Assembly (NCBI GenBank): GCA_948434005.1
Contig: CAOJEH010000005.1
Span: 23,372 to 87,371, forward strand
Direction: 5' to 3'
Origin: an uncultured Mycoplasmatota bacterium
GTDB taxonomy: Bacteria; Bacillota_I; Bacilli_A; RF39; UBA660
Length of the DNA: 64,000 bases
Shown: positions 11,493 through 20,247 of the stretch, piece after piece
Layout of the letters: each line of letters starts with the position of its first letter
Numbering within the stretch: the first letter of the stretch is position 1
Notes under the pieces: model-generated
What the model was told of the DNA's origin: nothing
Databases searched by the model: none
What the model saw: the letters and a program-made list of their open reading frames with translations, nothing else
Translations under genes and position numbers: made by a program

Positions 11493-11933
11493 ATGGAAAT
11501 TTATAATAGAAAGGCTAGACATGACTATTTTATAGAAGATACTTATGAAGCCGGTATAGCATTAACGGGTACTGAAATTAAATCTATTCGTATGGGTAAT
11601 GCTAATATTAAGGATAGTTATGGTATTATAAAAAATAATGAAGTATTTTTGTTAAATATGTTTGTTTCTGAATACTCTGAGGGAAATATATTTAATCATA
11701 ATGTAACTAGAACTAGAAAGTTATTACTTCATAAGAAGGAAATAAAAAAGATAAGCGAAAAAGTCGAGAGAGAGGGATTAACTTTAATACCTTTGAAATT
11801 ATATTTTAAAAATAATATTTTAAAAGTAGAACTTGGTGTTTGTCGTGGTAAAAAGAACTATGATAAAAGAGAATCTTTAAAAGAAAGAGATATAAAAAGA
11901 AATATAGATAAACAATTAAAAAATAGATATTAA
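11493..11933 (+). CDS. smpB: SsrA-binding protein SmpB
   Basis: 146 aa. NRKARHDYFIEDTYEAGIALTGTEIKS and LLLHKKEI are SmpB hallmarks. It lies immediately upstream of ssrA. Confidence 0.93.
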   Translation: MEIYNRKARHDYFIEDTYEAGIALTGTEIKSIRMGNANIKDSYGIIKNNEVFLLNMFVSEYSEGNIFNHNVTRTRKLLLHKKEIKKISEKVEREGLTLIPLKLYFKNNILKVELGVCRGKKNYDKRESLKERDIKRNIDKQLKNRY

Positions 11934-11961
11934 GTTATATAAAGTGTATTATAATAACAAT

Positions 11962-11993
11962 AAGTGGGAAGTAAAATATTTCCACTTTTATTT
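11962..11993 (+). terminator. Probable smpB terminator
   Basis: aagtgggaa ... ttccactt hairpin (one bulged G) followed by a T-rich run. Confidence 0.5.
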
Positions 11994-12005
11994 ATAATGG
12001 TTTTA

Positions 12006-12014
12006 TGTTATAAT
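12006..12014 (+). promoter_or_regulatory. Extended -10 (TGtTATAAT) promoter element for ssrA
   Basis: tgttataat ends 8 nt upstream of the GGGGCUGA tmRNA 5' end at 12023. Confidence 0.5.
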
Positions 12015-12022
12015 CTCCTCAT

Positions 12023-12399
12023 GGGGCTGATTGGTTTCGACAGGAATATTAGAGCATAGATGGCAAGTCGAAGGTTCACGTTACGAACAAACAAAAATAA
12101 ACGCAAACAAAATTAAAAATGCATTTGCAAACATGTTTGGTACAAACCAAGCTGTTTCTTTTGCCTAATAAAATAGGGCAATGCGCTCTTTCTTATCTTC
12201 ACCTATGAGATAATTAAGGGTTTATATTAATAGGTTATAGCTATCTTTTGTCTAGAAGATGGAAAGAATTTAGAGACTAGTATATTATCTTGGTCGTTAA
12301 CTACTTGGATGATATATGAATATAATTAGTTAACTAAACTTGTAGAGGTTTATGTATCGGTATTTTTGGACAGGAGTTCGATTCTCCTCAGCTCCACCA
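12023..12399 (+). ncRNA. ssrA: Transfer-messenger RNA (tmRNA, SsrA)
   Basis: The 5' end GGGGCTGATTGGTTTCGACAGG and the 3' end GGACAGGAGTTCGATTCTCCTCAGCTCCACCA form the tRNA-Ala-like acceptor/T-arm. The internal tag frame ends in tandem TAA TAA at 12166-12171. smpB is adjacent. Confidence 0.95.
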
Positions 12400-12469
12400 T
12401 TTTAGTATTAAACAAACAAAATAGTTTGTTTTTATAAATTTTATAATTATGATTAGTGAGTGATATAGA

Positions 12470-13348
12470 TTGAAAGAAATAGAAAATATGTTAAAAAAGT
12501 ATGATTTTTTTAAAGAAAAAGAATTTACGATATTTAGCATTCAAGATTATAGTCGAAAGTCAAAATTTAAAATGGAAATTGATGGAAAATATTATACTTT
12601 AATTTTGTCAGAAGAAAGAATAGAGCCTTATTTGAATAAAATGAGAGTTTTGGGAGAAAATTTTAAAAAAATTGTAGGATTTCAATATTTGTCGGAAGAT
12701 AAAAAAGTTTTAATTTTAGATTATTTTGGTAATGATAATGGAATTGATTTGATAAAAGTTAATAATACTTTAGTAAATAATGACTATGAATTACAATTAA
12801 AAAATATTCTTGATTACTTTCATTCAATTAAGTTACAATATGTTGATTTTAGTACTAATGGTTATAAAACGTGGAAAGACTATTATCTGTCAGAAATAAG
12901 TGAGAAAATAATAAATATATATAAACAAAATCTTATTACAGATGATGTGAAAAAAATATTACTAGAGAAGTTAGAAGAATCATCAAAAATTTATAATGAT
13001 TTTCAAACATCACTTATTCATGCAGATGTAACTCCTTTAAATGTTTGTATTAATCAGAAAAATCAAAGTTTATATTTAATAGATTATGATGATTTTAAAA
13101 TTGGTGACCCTATGATGGATATATCTAGAATTATTAATTGTAAAAACATGTCAAAAATTTTTTCTCTACTTGTTGATAAATATTATTATAAGTATGAAGA
13201 CAATATAAACCATTTATTTTATACTTTAAGAGTAAATATTAATTGGTATAATCATATTATTGAAAAAGGGCAAGAAGATTTATATGATTTAGATAAAGCA
13301 AAAGAAGAAGTATTTTTAGTCATTAATAATATAATGAATCATGCTTAG
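12470..13348 (+). CDS. Aminoglycoside/choline-kinase-family phosphotransferase (APH-like)
   Basis: Brenner motif LIHADVTPLN, followed by YLIDYDDFKIGDPMMDISR. The start is uncertain: TTG 12470 after GTGAGTGA, or ATG 12488. Confidence 0.65.
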   Translation: MKEIENMLKKYDFFKEKEFTIFSIQDYSRKSKFKMEIDGKYYTLILSEERIEPYLNKMRVLGENFKKIVGFQYLSEDKKVLILDYFGNDNGIDLIKVNNTLVNNDYELQLKNILDYFHSIKLQYVDFSTNGYKTWKDYYLSEISEKIINIYKQNLITDDVKKILLEKLEESSKIYNDFQTSLIHADVTPLNVCINQKNQSLYLIDYDDFKIGDPMMDISRIINCKNMSKIFSLLVDKYYYKYEDNINHLFYTLRVNINWYNHIIEKGQEDLYDLDKAKEEVFLVINNIMNHA

Positions 13349-13409
13349 GATTTTTTATAATTTTATTATTAAAGCAAATCCACAACTAAATACGAAGTAA
13401 TTTGTTTTT

Positions 13410-13429
13410 GACTCTGTCAGGTCCACCGG
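13410..13429 (+). repeat. Degenerate copy of the tmRNA 3' end (possible relic attachment-site repeat)
   Basis: gactctgtcaggtccaccgg compared with the tmRNA 3' end gattctcctcagctccacca (12380-12399): about 15 of 20 aligned positions with one gap, by hand alignment. Confidence 0.3.
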
Positions 13430-13527
13430 ATTTAAGGATAACTCGAACTTTTATGTTTCGAGTTTTAATATGTCCCAAATTTTGATATAATATTTTTGTA
13501 AGTAAATTGGATTCTGCCAGTTTAGTG
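13424..13527 (+). repeat. Intergenic terminator-plus-promoter module, copy 1
   Basis: It contains the hairpin actcgaa...ttcgagtttt and an extended -10 tgatataat (13483-13491). It aligns with 14314-14425 (see findings). Confidence 0.55.
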
Positions 13528-13586
13528 AAACACATTTGCATAATGACATTAATCATTATGCATACTTTTATATGTTGGTGATAAAT

Positions 13587-14297
13587 ATGGAGAAATATGT
13601 AATATCTTTAAATGATATAAATTCAAATTTTTTCCATTTTACATGGAAAAACAATTTAGTTAATATAGAAGAAAAAGGATTATTGCCTAAAAAGGGACTT
13701 CATGCAAAATATATAGAAGAAACAGAAAAAGTGTTTTTTGTTCATGGTCTTGATAACTTATTAATTCTATTTGATTGTTGGATAAATGTTTATAAAAAAG
13801 TCCCACTATTACCAAAATTGAATTTAACCTATGGGTTAGGCTCAAAAGTAATGCGTTCTAAGTATTTTCCTATGTTTTTAGTCGATTTTTATTTTATGAT
13901 AATTAGAAATAGTAAACGACATAAAAAATATGCTTATGAGGTGTTTGATAAATTACTCACTGAATGTATCCTATTAAGTCTTGATATTCAGGAGAATATA
14001 GATTTTAGTTTTTCTGATATCGACCAGATTAAAGCTAGAGGATATAGAAAAAGACATCTTATAGAATTAGGTTATTCAGAAAAGTACTCTGATATGAACT
14101 CTAATAAAATGGATAATTGGAATCTTCATACTTTAAGTGATAAAGGAATTAGTCCTAATAAATTAAAATTATGCTATATAAATGATTCCACTAGTATTAG
14201 AGATATTCTTAATTTTATTTTGGAAAATACAGAACTAAATTTAAAAGATATATGCCCAAATTTATATGATTATTTAAATTCATATAAAAGTTGTTGA
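13587..14297 (+). CDS. Uncharacterised protein, paralog A (ART-fold-like N-terminal motif, speculative)
   Basis: The likely start is ATG 13587 (MEKYVISL) after GGTGA. It is clearly homologous along its whole length to the ORF at 16222-16968 (FFHFT..NN...I...GLLPK.G, EK.FF..G, FD.W, DFS..DID..K.R, MNS.KMD.WN.HT.S..ISP.K, P.LY..LN.YK). Confidence 0.6.
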   Translation: MEKYVISLNDINSNFFHFTWKNNLVNIEEKGLLPKKGLHAKYIEETEKVFFVHGLDNLLILFDCWINVYKKVPLLPKLNLTYGLGSKVMRSKYFPMFLVDFYFMIIRNSKRHKKYAYEVFDKLLTECILLSLDIQENIDFSFSDIDQIKARGYRKRHLIELGYSEKYSDMNSNKMDNWNLHTLSDKGISPNKLKLCYINDSTSIRDILNFILENTELNLKDICPNLYDYLNSYKSC

Positions 14298-14313
14298 ATA
14301 TCCTCCCTTAAAT

Positions 14314-14425
14314 CACCAAATTTAAAGAAAATTCAACTTTTAAAATTTATAAGAGTCCGAGTTTTGTATTGCATGAAATTATGTTATAATTTTTATAGAT
14401 TTAAATTTGATTTTGTTAATTTAGA
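14314..14425 (+). repeat. Intergenic terminator-plus-promoter module, copy 2
   Basis: It shares blocks with 13424-13527: caccRRatttaaRgaWaa, tcYgagtttt, tgWtataat, aaattKgattYtg..agtttag/aatttag. The extended -10 tgttataat lies at 14382-14390. Confidence 0.55.
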
Positions 14426-14447
14426 AATATTATGTGGAGGATAAGTT

Positions 14448-14978
14448 ATGGATATTTATATTATAAGACATGGTCAAACTGAGTCTAATAAACAAAAAAA
14501 GTGGCTGGGTCGAAATGATGAGGATATAAATGATTCTGGGTATAAGCAAATTCTAGATGCTAAAAAAATGATTGAACATATAGAATTTGATATTTGTTTT
14601 TCCTCTCCCTATAAAAGAACAATGACAACGGCTAATATTTTATTAGGCGCAAAAGTGCCCATTTTAATTGATGAAAGATTATCTGACAGAGATTTTGGTT
14701 TTTTAGGTGATGGCTCGAATTCTCGATATACATCAGAATTTTGGAATTATTATTTAAATAAATCTGATTATGGAGTAGAACCATTACAAGAACTTTTTAG
14801 AAGAACAAAAACTTTTATTGATTATTTAAAAAATAAATACAATGATAAATGTATATTAATAGTTAGTCATGCTGCAACTATTAGGTCATTTCATTATAAT
14901 ATTGTAGGATATAATAATACTACAAATATGCTATCATTCCAAGTTAATAATGGACAAATTTTTAAATATCACTTATAG
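14448..14978 (+). CDS. Histidine phosphatase family protein (phosphoglycerate-mutase-like)
   Basis: N-terminal IIRHGQTESN catalytic motif and the distal VSHAATIR histidine; 176 aa. Confidence 0.8.
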   Translation: MDIYIIRHGQTESNKQKKWLGRNDEDINDSGYKQILDAKKMIEHIEFDICFSSPYKRTMTTANILLGAKVPILIDERLSDRDFGFLGDGSNSRYTSEFWNYYLNKSDYGVEPLQELFRRTKTFIDYLKNKYNDKCILIVSHAATIRSFHYNIVGYNNTTNMLSFQVNNGQIFKYHL

Positions 14979-15116
14979 GTTGGTATTATAAAGCTGTTGA
15001 AGGTCTATATTATTTTTATATTTTTATTTATAGTGTTTGACAGCAATTGTAATACTATAATTTTGAAATAGAAATATTCATAATAATTTTAATTATATAA
15101 AAAAGGTGGATACTAT

Positions 15117-15764
15117 ATGAAGTATAGGGTAGGAATAATTTTTTCAAAAAAAGATTATTCATATAATATTGATAATTATGGTAAAACTTACAATTTACTT
15201 TTTGTTACTGGACTTGTAGGTTCGGGTAAATCTACTATAGCAAAGAAAATGGCAAAAGAAAAAGAAATAACTATATTATCGCAAGATTGGTTATCTTGGA
15301 GTGAAGTATATACAAATGATAAGGTTGCAATGGAAGTATTGAATGAATTTTATAAAATATGTCCAAGAGCACAAGAGCTAGCTGATAATAATTTATGGCA
15401 TAAAGATTTTTTAAGTAAAAAAGAAAAAAATAAAATAAGAGTAGAATATAATAAGTTTTTGATAGATTATACTTTAAAGAATCACAATAAATTGTATATA
15501 ATTGAAGGAATAGATATTTATAGAGTAATAGATTCAGATGAAATTACTAGTCGTGGAATTATAGTTAAAGGTACTAGTGTTCTTAAATGCTTTATTAGAA
15601 GGTATAAAAGAGATAAGACAGATGAAAATCAAAAAAATTTAATAAATAAAATTAAGTATTTGATTATGGTTATAAAACAAAGTAAAAAATTTTATTTTAG
15701 AGATAGAAAAAAACTAAATAGTCTTATTACTGAAAGGTGGAATGTCTATGAAAAGTGGCACTGA
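15117..15764 (+). CDS. P-loop NTPase, small-molecule/nucleotide-kinase-like
   Basis: Walker A motif GLVGSGKST and a Walker-B-like LYIIEGID; 215 aa. The substrate is unknown. Confidence 0.55.
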   Translation: MKYRVGIIFSKKDYSYNIDNYGKTYNLLFVTGLVGSGKSTIAKKMAKEKEITILSQDWLSWSEVYTNDKVAMEVLNEFYKICPRAQELADNNLWHKDFLSKKEKNKIRVEYNKFLIDYTLKNHNKLYIIEGIDIYRVIDSDEITSRGIIVKGTSVLKCFIRRYKRDKTDENQKNLINKIKYLIMVIKQSKKFYFRDRKKLNSLITERWNVYEKWH

Positions 15765-16155
15765 ATTAGTAGTTTTGGAAGATATTGGCCTAAATAATGG
15801 TATTCTTGATTTTTTTAGAGGAAATTCACTAGAAGTATCTGAAGAAATAAAAGAGCGTTTTGTTCCTGATGAAATTGCAGGGCAATTTTATGATAGGGCT
15901 TTGAAGGATACAGTTACAGGCTATTCTATTACTTATAAATTAGGTACAGATAAAAAATCGTTTCGTTTAATAATGCGTGATGATAATGGACAAGGTTCAT
16001 TTGATAAGGAGTATATTTTAGACTGTTTGTTTGTGAATGGCGCAGATAATTTCCCTAACATAAATACTTACATCAATAATAGAACAGTAGATTATGAGGA
16101 CTTTAAAACACATTTTCAAGCACAAACTGTTCCTAAGAGGGGTATAAGAAGATAG
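15748..16155 (+). CDS. Hypothetical protein overlapping the 3' end of the P-loop gene
   Basis: AAGGTGG (15734-15740) is well spaced for ATG 15748 rather than the ORF-track ATG 15742. The overlap with the upstream gene suggests translational coupling. No motif is recognised. Confidence 0.5.
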   Translation: MKSGTELVVLEDIGLNNGILDFFRGNSLEVSEEIKERFVPDEIAGQFYDRALKDTVTGYSITYKLGTDKKSFRLIMRDDNGQGSFDKEYILDCLFVNGADNFPNINTYINNRTVDYEDFKTHFQAQTVPKRGIRR

Positions 16156-16221
16156 ATATTTAATTAATTTGTAAATAAAATATTAGCAGACTAATATCAT
16201 TACTAAAAGGAGTAAATAGTT

Positions 16222-16968
16222 ATGAAAGTAGAAGATATAAAAAATATAGATACTCAATTTACTTTTTTTCATTATACTAATAAAAATAATATTGAAAGTA
16301 TATCTAAAAATGGATTACTTCCTAAAATCGGTGATAGTGCAACTGGAATTGAAATAACAGAAAAGATATTCTTTGCTATTGGTTGTAATGGAGTTTTTTC
16401 AATTTTTGATGCATGGTTAAGATGGCTAATAGCAAAAAGATTAACTGACTTACCTGGAGAAAAGGCAGATATTCCGTTTTATCGCTTTTGTATGTTTGTG
16501 ATGAATTTACCACTAATACATTATATTGTTGCATTTATTGTTAATATAGTAGTTTGGTTAGAATTTAGAATTAAGCCTTTTAAGATTAAGTCTTTTAAAA
16601 TTATGAAAGATATATTAGATAATAGTTGTTTTTTGAAATTAGATTTAGAAGAAGAAAAAGACTTTTCATATAAAGATATTGACGAAGTAAAATCTAGAAA
16701 ATTTAATAAGAAAATGCTAAAATCTGTATATGCTAAACAAAGCAAAATGAATAGTAAAAAGATGGATTATTGGAATATGCACACTTTTAGTAATGTAAGT
16801 ATATCTCCTGATAAAATAACATTACTTAAACTTAATGGTTCTGATAATTGTTTAGATATATTATTATGGATGATAAAAAATACGAAAACAGATTTAAAAG
16901 TATTATCTCCATATTTATATGAATTTTTAAATTATTATAAGCTTTTAGATAAAAATAAAAAAGATTAA
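16222..16968 (+). CDS. Uncharacterised protein, paralog B of 13587-14297
   Basis: 248 aa sharing the conserved blocks listed for paralog A, with a longer hydrophobic insert (LPLIHYIVAFIVNIVVWLEF). AAAAGGAG RBS upstream. Confidence 0.6.
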   Translation: MKVEDIKNIDTQFTFFHYTNKNNIESISKNGLLPKIGDSATGIEITEKIFFAIGCNGVFSIFDAWLRWLIAKRLTDLPGEKADIPFYRFCMFVMNLPLIHYIVAFIVNIVVWLEFRIKPFKIKSFKIMKDILDNSCFLKLDLEEEKDFSYKDIDEVKSRKFNKKMLKSVYAKQSKMNSKKMDYWNMHTFSNVSISPDKITLLKLNGSDNCLDILLWMIKNTKTDLKVLSPYLYEFLNYYKLLDKNKKD

Positions 16969-17075
16969 TTTCTATGTTAGAGGAAACTTAATATGAAATC
17001 AGACATTATTTTTTCATATATTAAAAATTCGCACCTAGTGGTACGGTTTAATTTTTAATTTATAAAATGTATAGA

Positions 17076-17621
17076 TTATTTTCCTGCTTTATTCTTTTGC
17101 TGTACTTTTGGTTTATTATCATCTGTTATATCACTATATGTTATATTTTGGATAATAGAAGAAATATAAGGTTGATATACTTTAAGTTCTTCTTCACATG
17201 TATCGTATAATTTTTTAGTAATATCTATTGTAGTATCACTAGTAACACCATCTACACATTCCATAGCAAGACAATTATAAATTAAGTGTTTAGATGCAGT
17301 TTCATTAGTTAGTGAAGAATCATTAAAAGGCATTGCTCCTGTTTTAGCATCATAAACTAGGCGATCTACAAAAGCTTCTACTTCTGGATCTTTAATACTT
17401 TCTTTAAATTTTTTATAATTTTTCCTAGATTCGAAAGAATTTATAGTCTCATTTGAAATTGCATCAAACTCATGAATACTTATATAATCTGTTTGAAAAC
17501 CATTAATTACTGGATACCCTATTTCATTATAATGGTTATTTATCCTTTTCATCATATTATCTATTGATATACATATATTTATAAAATCATATACATCTCC
17601 ACATGATATATTATCTTTCAT
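17076..17621 (-). CDS. Hypothetical protein
   Basis: 181-aa ORF on the opposite strand to its neighbours, with GGGAGGAG upstream of the ATG on the minus strand. No motif is recognised. Confidence 0.45.
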   Translation of the reverse strand: MKDNISCGDVYDFINICISIDNMMKRINNHYNEIGYPVINGFQTDYISIHEFDAISNETINSFESRKNYKKFKESIKDPEVEAFVDRLVYDAKTGAMPFNDSSLTNETASKHLIYNCLAMECVDGVTSDTTIDITKKLYDTCEEELKVYQPYISSIIQNITYSDITDDNKPKVQQKNKAGK

Positions 17622-17778
17622 AAAAAAGCTCCTCCCTTTTGTGTAGTTATATTATATATATTATATTCAATTTGTCAATCATTTTTAATTATTCCTACTA
17701 TAGTATCATACGAAGTATAAAAATATAATATATTTATTATTAGTTTTTAGTATGCTATAATTAATTTGAGGTGATTAT

Positions 17779-18294
17779 ATGGAATTGGTAAAAATAGTTG
17801 ATAAAAACGGTAATTTTACAGGACAAATTATGGATAAAGATGAGGCTCATGATAAAAATTTATTACATAATGAGGTTGGCTTATTTTTAATAAATGATAA
17901 AGGACAAGTTTTACTTCAAAAGAGAAGCTCAAATAAAAGATTTGATCCTAACAAATGGGCATTATGTGCTGGACATGTAGAAGCCAATGAAAGTTTAGAA
18001 GATGCAATGATAAGAGAAGCTAGAGAAGAAATTGGAATTGATATACCTAAAGATGATTTGCATAGATTTGGTGAAAAAGATGTTTTAATAAGAAAAACTA
18101 ATTCTCATATAACATATTTTTATTATATTAAAACTAACAAATTGGAAAGTGAATTTACTATTCAAGAGGAAGAATTGTCTGAGGTAAAATGGTTTTATAT
18201 AGATGAAGTAATAGATATGATAAATAGAAAAGATACTTCAATAGTTTTTGGTGGTAATAGATTAAAACTATTTGAACAATTAAAAAATATATAG
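17779..18294 (+). CDS. NUDIX hydrolase
   Basis: Complete Nudix box GHVEANESLEDAMIREAREEIGI (G-x5-E-x7-REUxEExGU). Confidence 0.85.
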   Translation: MELVKIVDKNGNFTGQIMDKDEAHDKNLLHNEVGLFLINDKGQVLLQKRSSNKRFDPNKWALCAGHVEANESLEDAMIREAREEIGIDIPKDDLHRFGEKDVLIRKTNSHITYFYYIKTNKLESEFTIQEEELSEVKWFYIDEVIDMINRKDTSIVFGGNRLKLFEQLKNI

Positions 18295-18326
18295 TATAAT
18301 TTTATTATATTTTAGAGGTGAATTAT

Positions 18327-18875
18327 ATGAAAGATGAACTAATTGATGTACTTAATGAAGATGGAATACAAACAGGCGAAATTTTATCAAGAGCTGAAGT
18401 TCATAAAAGAGGTTTGTGGCATAGAGCAATTGTAGTTGCAATTATAAATGAAAAAAATGAAATATTATTACAACAAAGAAGTGATAATAAAGCAACTAAT
18501 GCTGGAATGTGGGATATTTCTGTAGCGGGTCATCTTTCTGCTGGACAAGATTCATTATCTGCAGCAGCACGTGAAATAAATGAAGAGGTAAGTGTTTTAC
18601 TTGGATATAGAACTGAAATAAAAGATTTTAGATATATGTACTGTTATAGAAAAGAACAAAAGTTTAGGGATGATTATATAGAAAGACAATTTTATGATTT
18701 CTTTATTTTAAGAACTTCTGGTGTTGATGATAAAACTTTATTTTTTCAAAAAGAAGAAGTTCAAGCAGTTAAATTTGTGGATATATTAACAATACAAAAA
18801 ATGATAGAGAATAATGAAATTGTTCAGAGACCTGAGGTTTATAATATACTAACTAATTTCTTATTTAGATTTTAA
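18327..18875 (+). CDS. NUDIX-family protein with a degenerate Nudix box
   Basis: The box GHLSAGQDSLSAAAREINEEVSV keeps the RE..EE core, but the first Glu is Gln and the last Gly is Ser. ATG 18327 follows AGAGGTG; the GTG at 18318 sits inside that RBS. Confidence 0.7.
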   Translation: MKDELIDVLNEDGIQTGEILSRAEVHKRGLWHRAIVVAIINEKNEILLQQRSDNKATNAGMWDISVAGHLSAGQDSLSAAAREINEEVSVLLGYRTEIKDFRYMYCYRKEQKFRDDYIERQFYDFFILRTSGVDDKTLFFQKEEVQAVKFVDILTIQKMIENNEIVQRPEVYNILTNFLFRF

Positions 18876-19006
18876 ATAGACTTTTAATAGGTCTATTTTT
18901 ATTTTTGAAAAATATATTAAATTTTGTACTATAATTCGTCAAAATATGATAAACTGAAGTTAATGAGAATATGGGGTTATAATTAGTTTAATAAAGGAGA
19001 AGTAAA

Positions 19007-20230
19007 ATGGATAAAATATTGGAAGATGCATTGAAAAAAGAAAGAGAAAGGCAAGAAAATAATATCGAACTTATAGCGAGTGAGAATTATGTCTCAAACG
19101 AAATTTTAAAATTACAAGGAAGTATTTTGACCAATAAGTATGCTGAAGGATATTCAGGTAAGAGATATTATGGTGGCTGTGAAAATATAGATATTTTTGA
19201 AACTCAAGCAATTGAATATGCTAAAAAATTATTTAAATGTGATTATGCTAATGTGCAACCTCATTCAGGTTCTAGTGCTAATATGGCTGTATATAGATCA
19301 TTACTTAATCATGGTGATAAAGTAATGGGAATGAACTTATCAAATGGTGGGCACTTAACTCACGGTCATAAACTTTCATTTAGTGGTAAAGATTACGAAA
19401 TAGTAGATTATGATGTTGATCCTGAAACAGAGATGATTGATTATGAAGAACTAGAAAGAAAAGTATTAAAAGAAAAACCCAAGATGGTAATAGCAGGCGC
19501 ATCTGCATACTCAAGAATTATCGATTTTAAAAAGTTTAGAGAGATATGTGATAAAGTTGGAGCATATTTAATGGTTGATATGGCTCACATTGCAGGTCTT
19601 GTAGCAGCAGGACTTCATCCATCTCCAATACCTTATGCTCATGTTGTTACAACTACAACTCATAAGACTTTAAGAGGACCTAGAGGAGGATTAATTCTTA
19701 CAAACGATGAAGAACTTGCTAAAAAAATAGATAAGACTGTTTTTCCTGGTATTCAGGGCGGTCCATTAATGCATGTTATTGGGGCTAAGGCTGAGTGTTT
19801 TTATGAAGCATTACAACCTGAATTTAAAACCTATCAGGAGCAAGTATTAAAAAATATTAAAGCTTTATCTAAAACATTAGAGGAAGAAGGATTTAAGATA
19901 GTATCTGGAGGAACAGATAATCATTTAATTTTAGTAGATGTTAAGTTTGGATGTGGACTAACTGGTAAAGAGGCAGAACAACTATTAGATAAAATTCATA
20001 TTACTACTAATAAAAATACTATTCCTGGTGATACAGAAAAACCTATGATTACAAGTGGAATTAGATTAGGAAGCCCTGCTATGACTACACGTGGTTTTAT
20101 GGAAGATGACTTTATCGAAGTTGGTCATATTATTGCAGAAGCATTAAAAAATCCTACAAATTCTAAAGTATTAGAACAATTAAGTAAAAGAGTTTTAAAT
20201 TTAACTAGTAAATATCCATTGTGGTATTAA
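19007..20230 (+). CDS. glyA: Serine hydroxymethyltransferase
   Basis: [22 protein letters not shown] and the PLP-lysine region [15 protein letters not shown] are diagnostic. Confidence 0.96.
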   Translation: MDKILEDALKKERERQENNIELIASENYVSNEILKLQGSILTNKYAEGYSGKRYYGGCENIDIFETQAIEYAKKLFKCDYANVQPHSGSSANMAVYRSLLNHGDKVMGMNLSNGGHLTHGHKLSFSGKDYEIVDYDVDPETEMIDYEELERKVLKEKPKMVIAGASAYSRIIDFKKFREICDKVGAYLMVDMAHIAGLVAAGLHPSPIPYAHVVTTTTHKTLRGPRGGLILTNDEELAKKIDKTVFPGIQGGPLMHVIGAKAECFYEALQPEFKTYQEQVLKNIKALSKTLEEEGFKIVSGGTDNHLILVDVKFGCGLTGKEAEQLLDKIHITTNKNTIPGDTEKPMITSGIRLGSPAMTTRGFMEDDFIEVGHIIAEALKNPTNSKVLEQLSKRVLNLTSKYPLWY

Positions 20231-20247
20231 AAAGAGGGTGATGCATT

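Noticed and set aside
16993-17058. A 21-codon mini-ORF (MKSDIIFSYIKNSHLVVRFNF) with AGAGGAAA upstream lies in the gap between paralog B and the minus-strand gene.
   Set aside because: It is too short and has no supporting feature beyond a weak RBS. It could equally be terminator or promoter DNA for the convergent genes.
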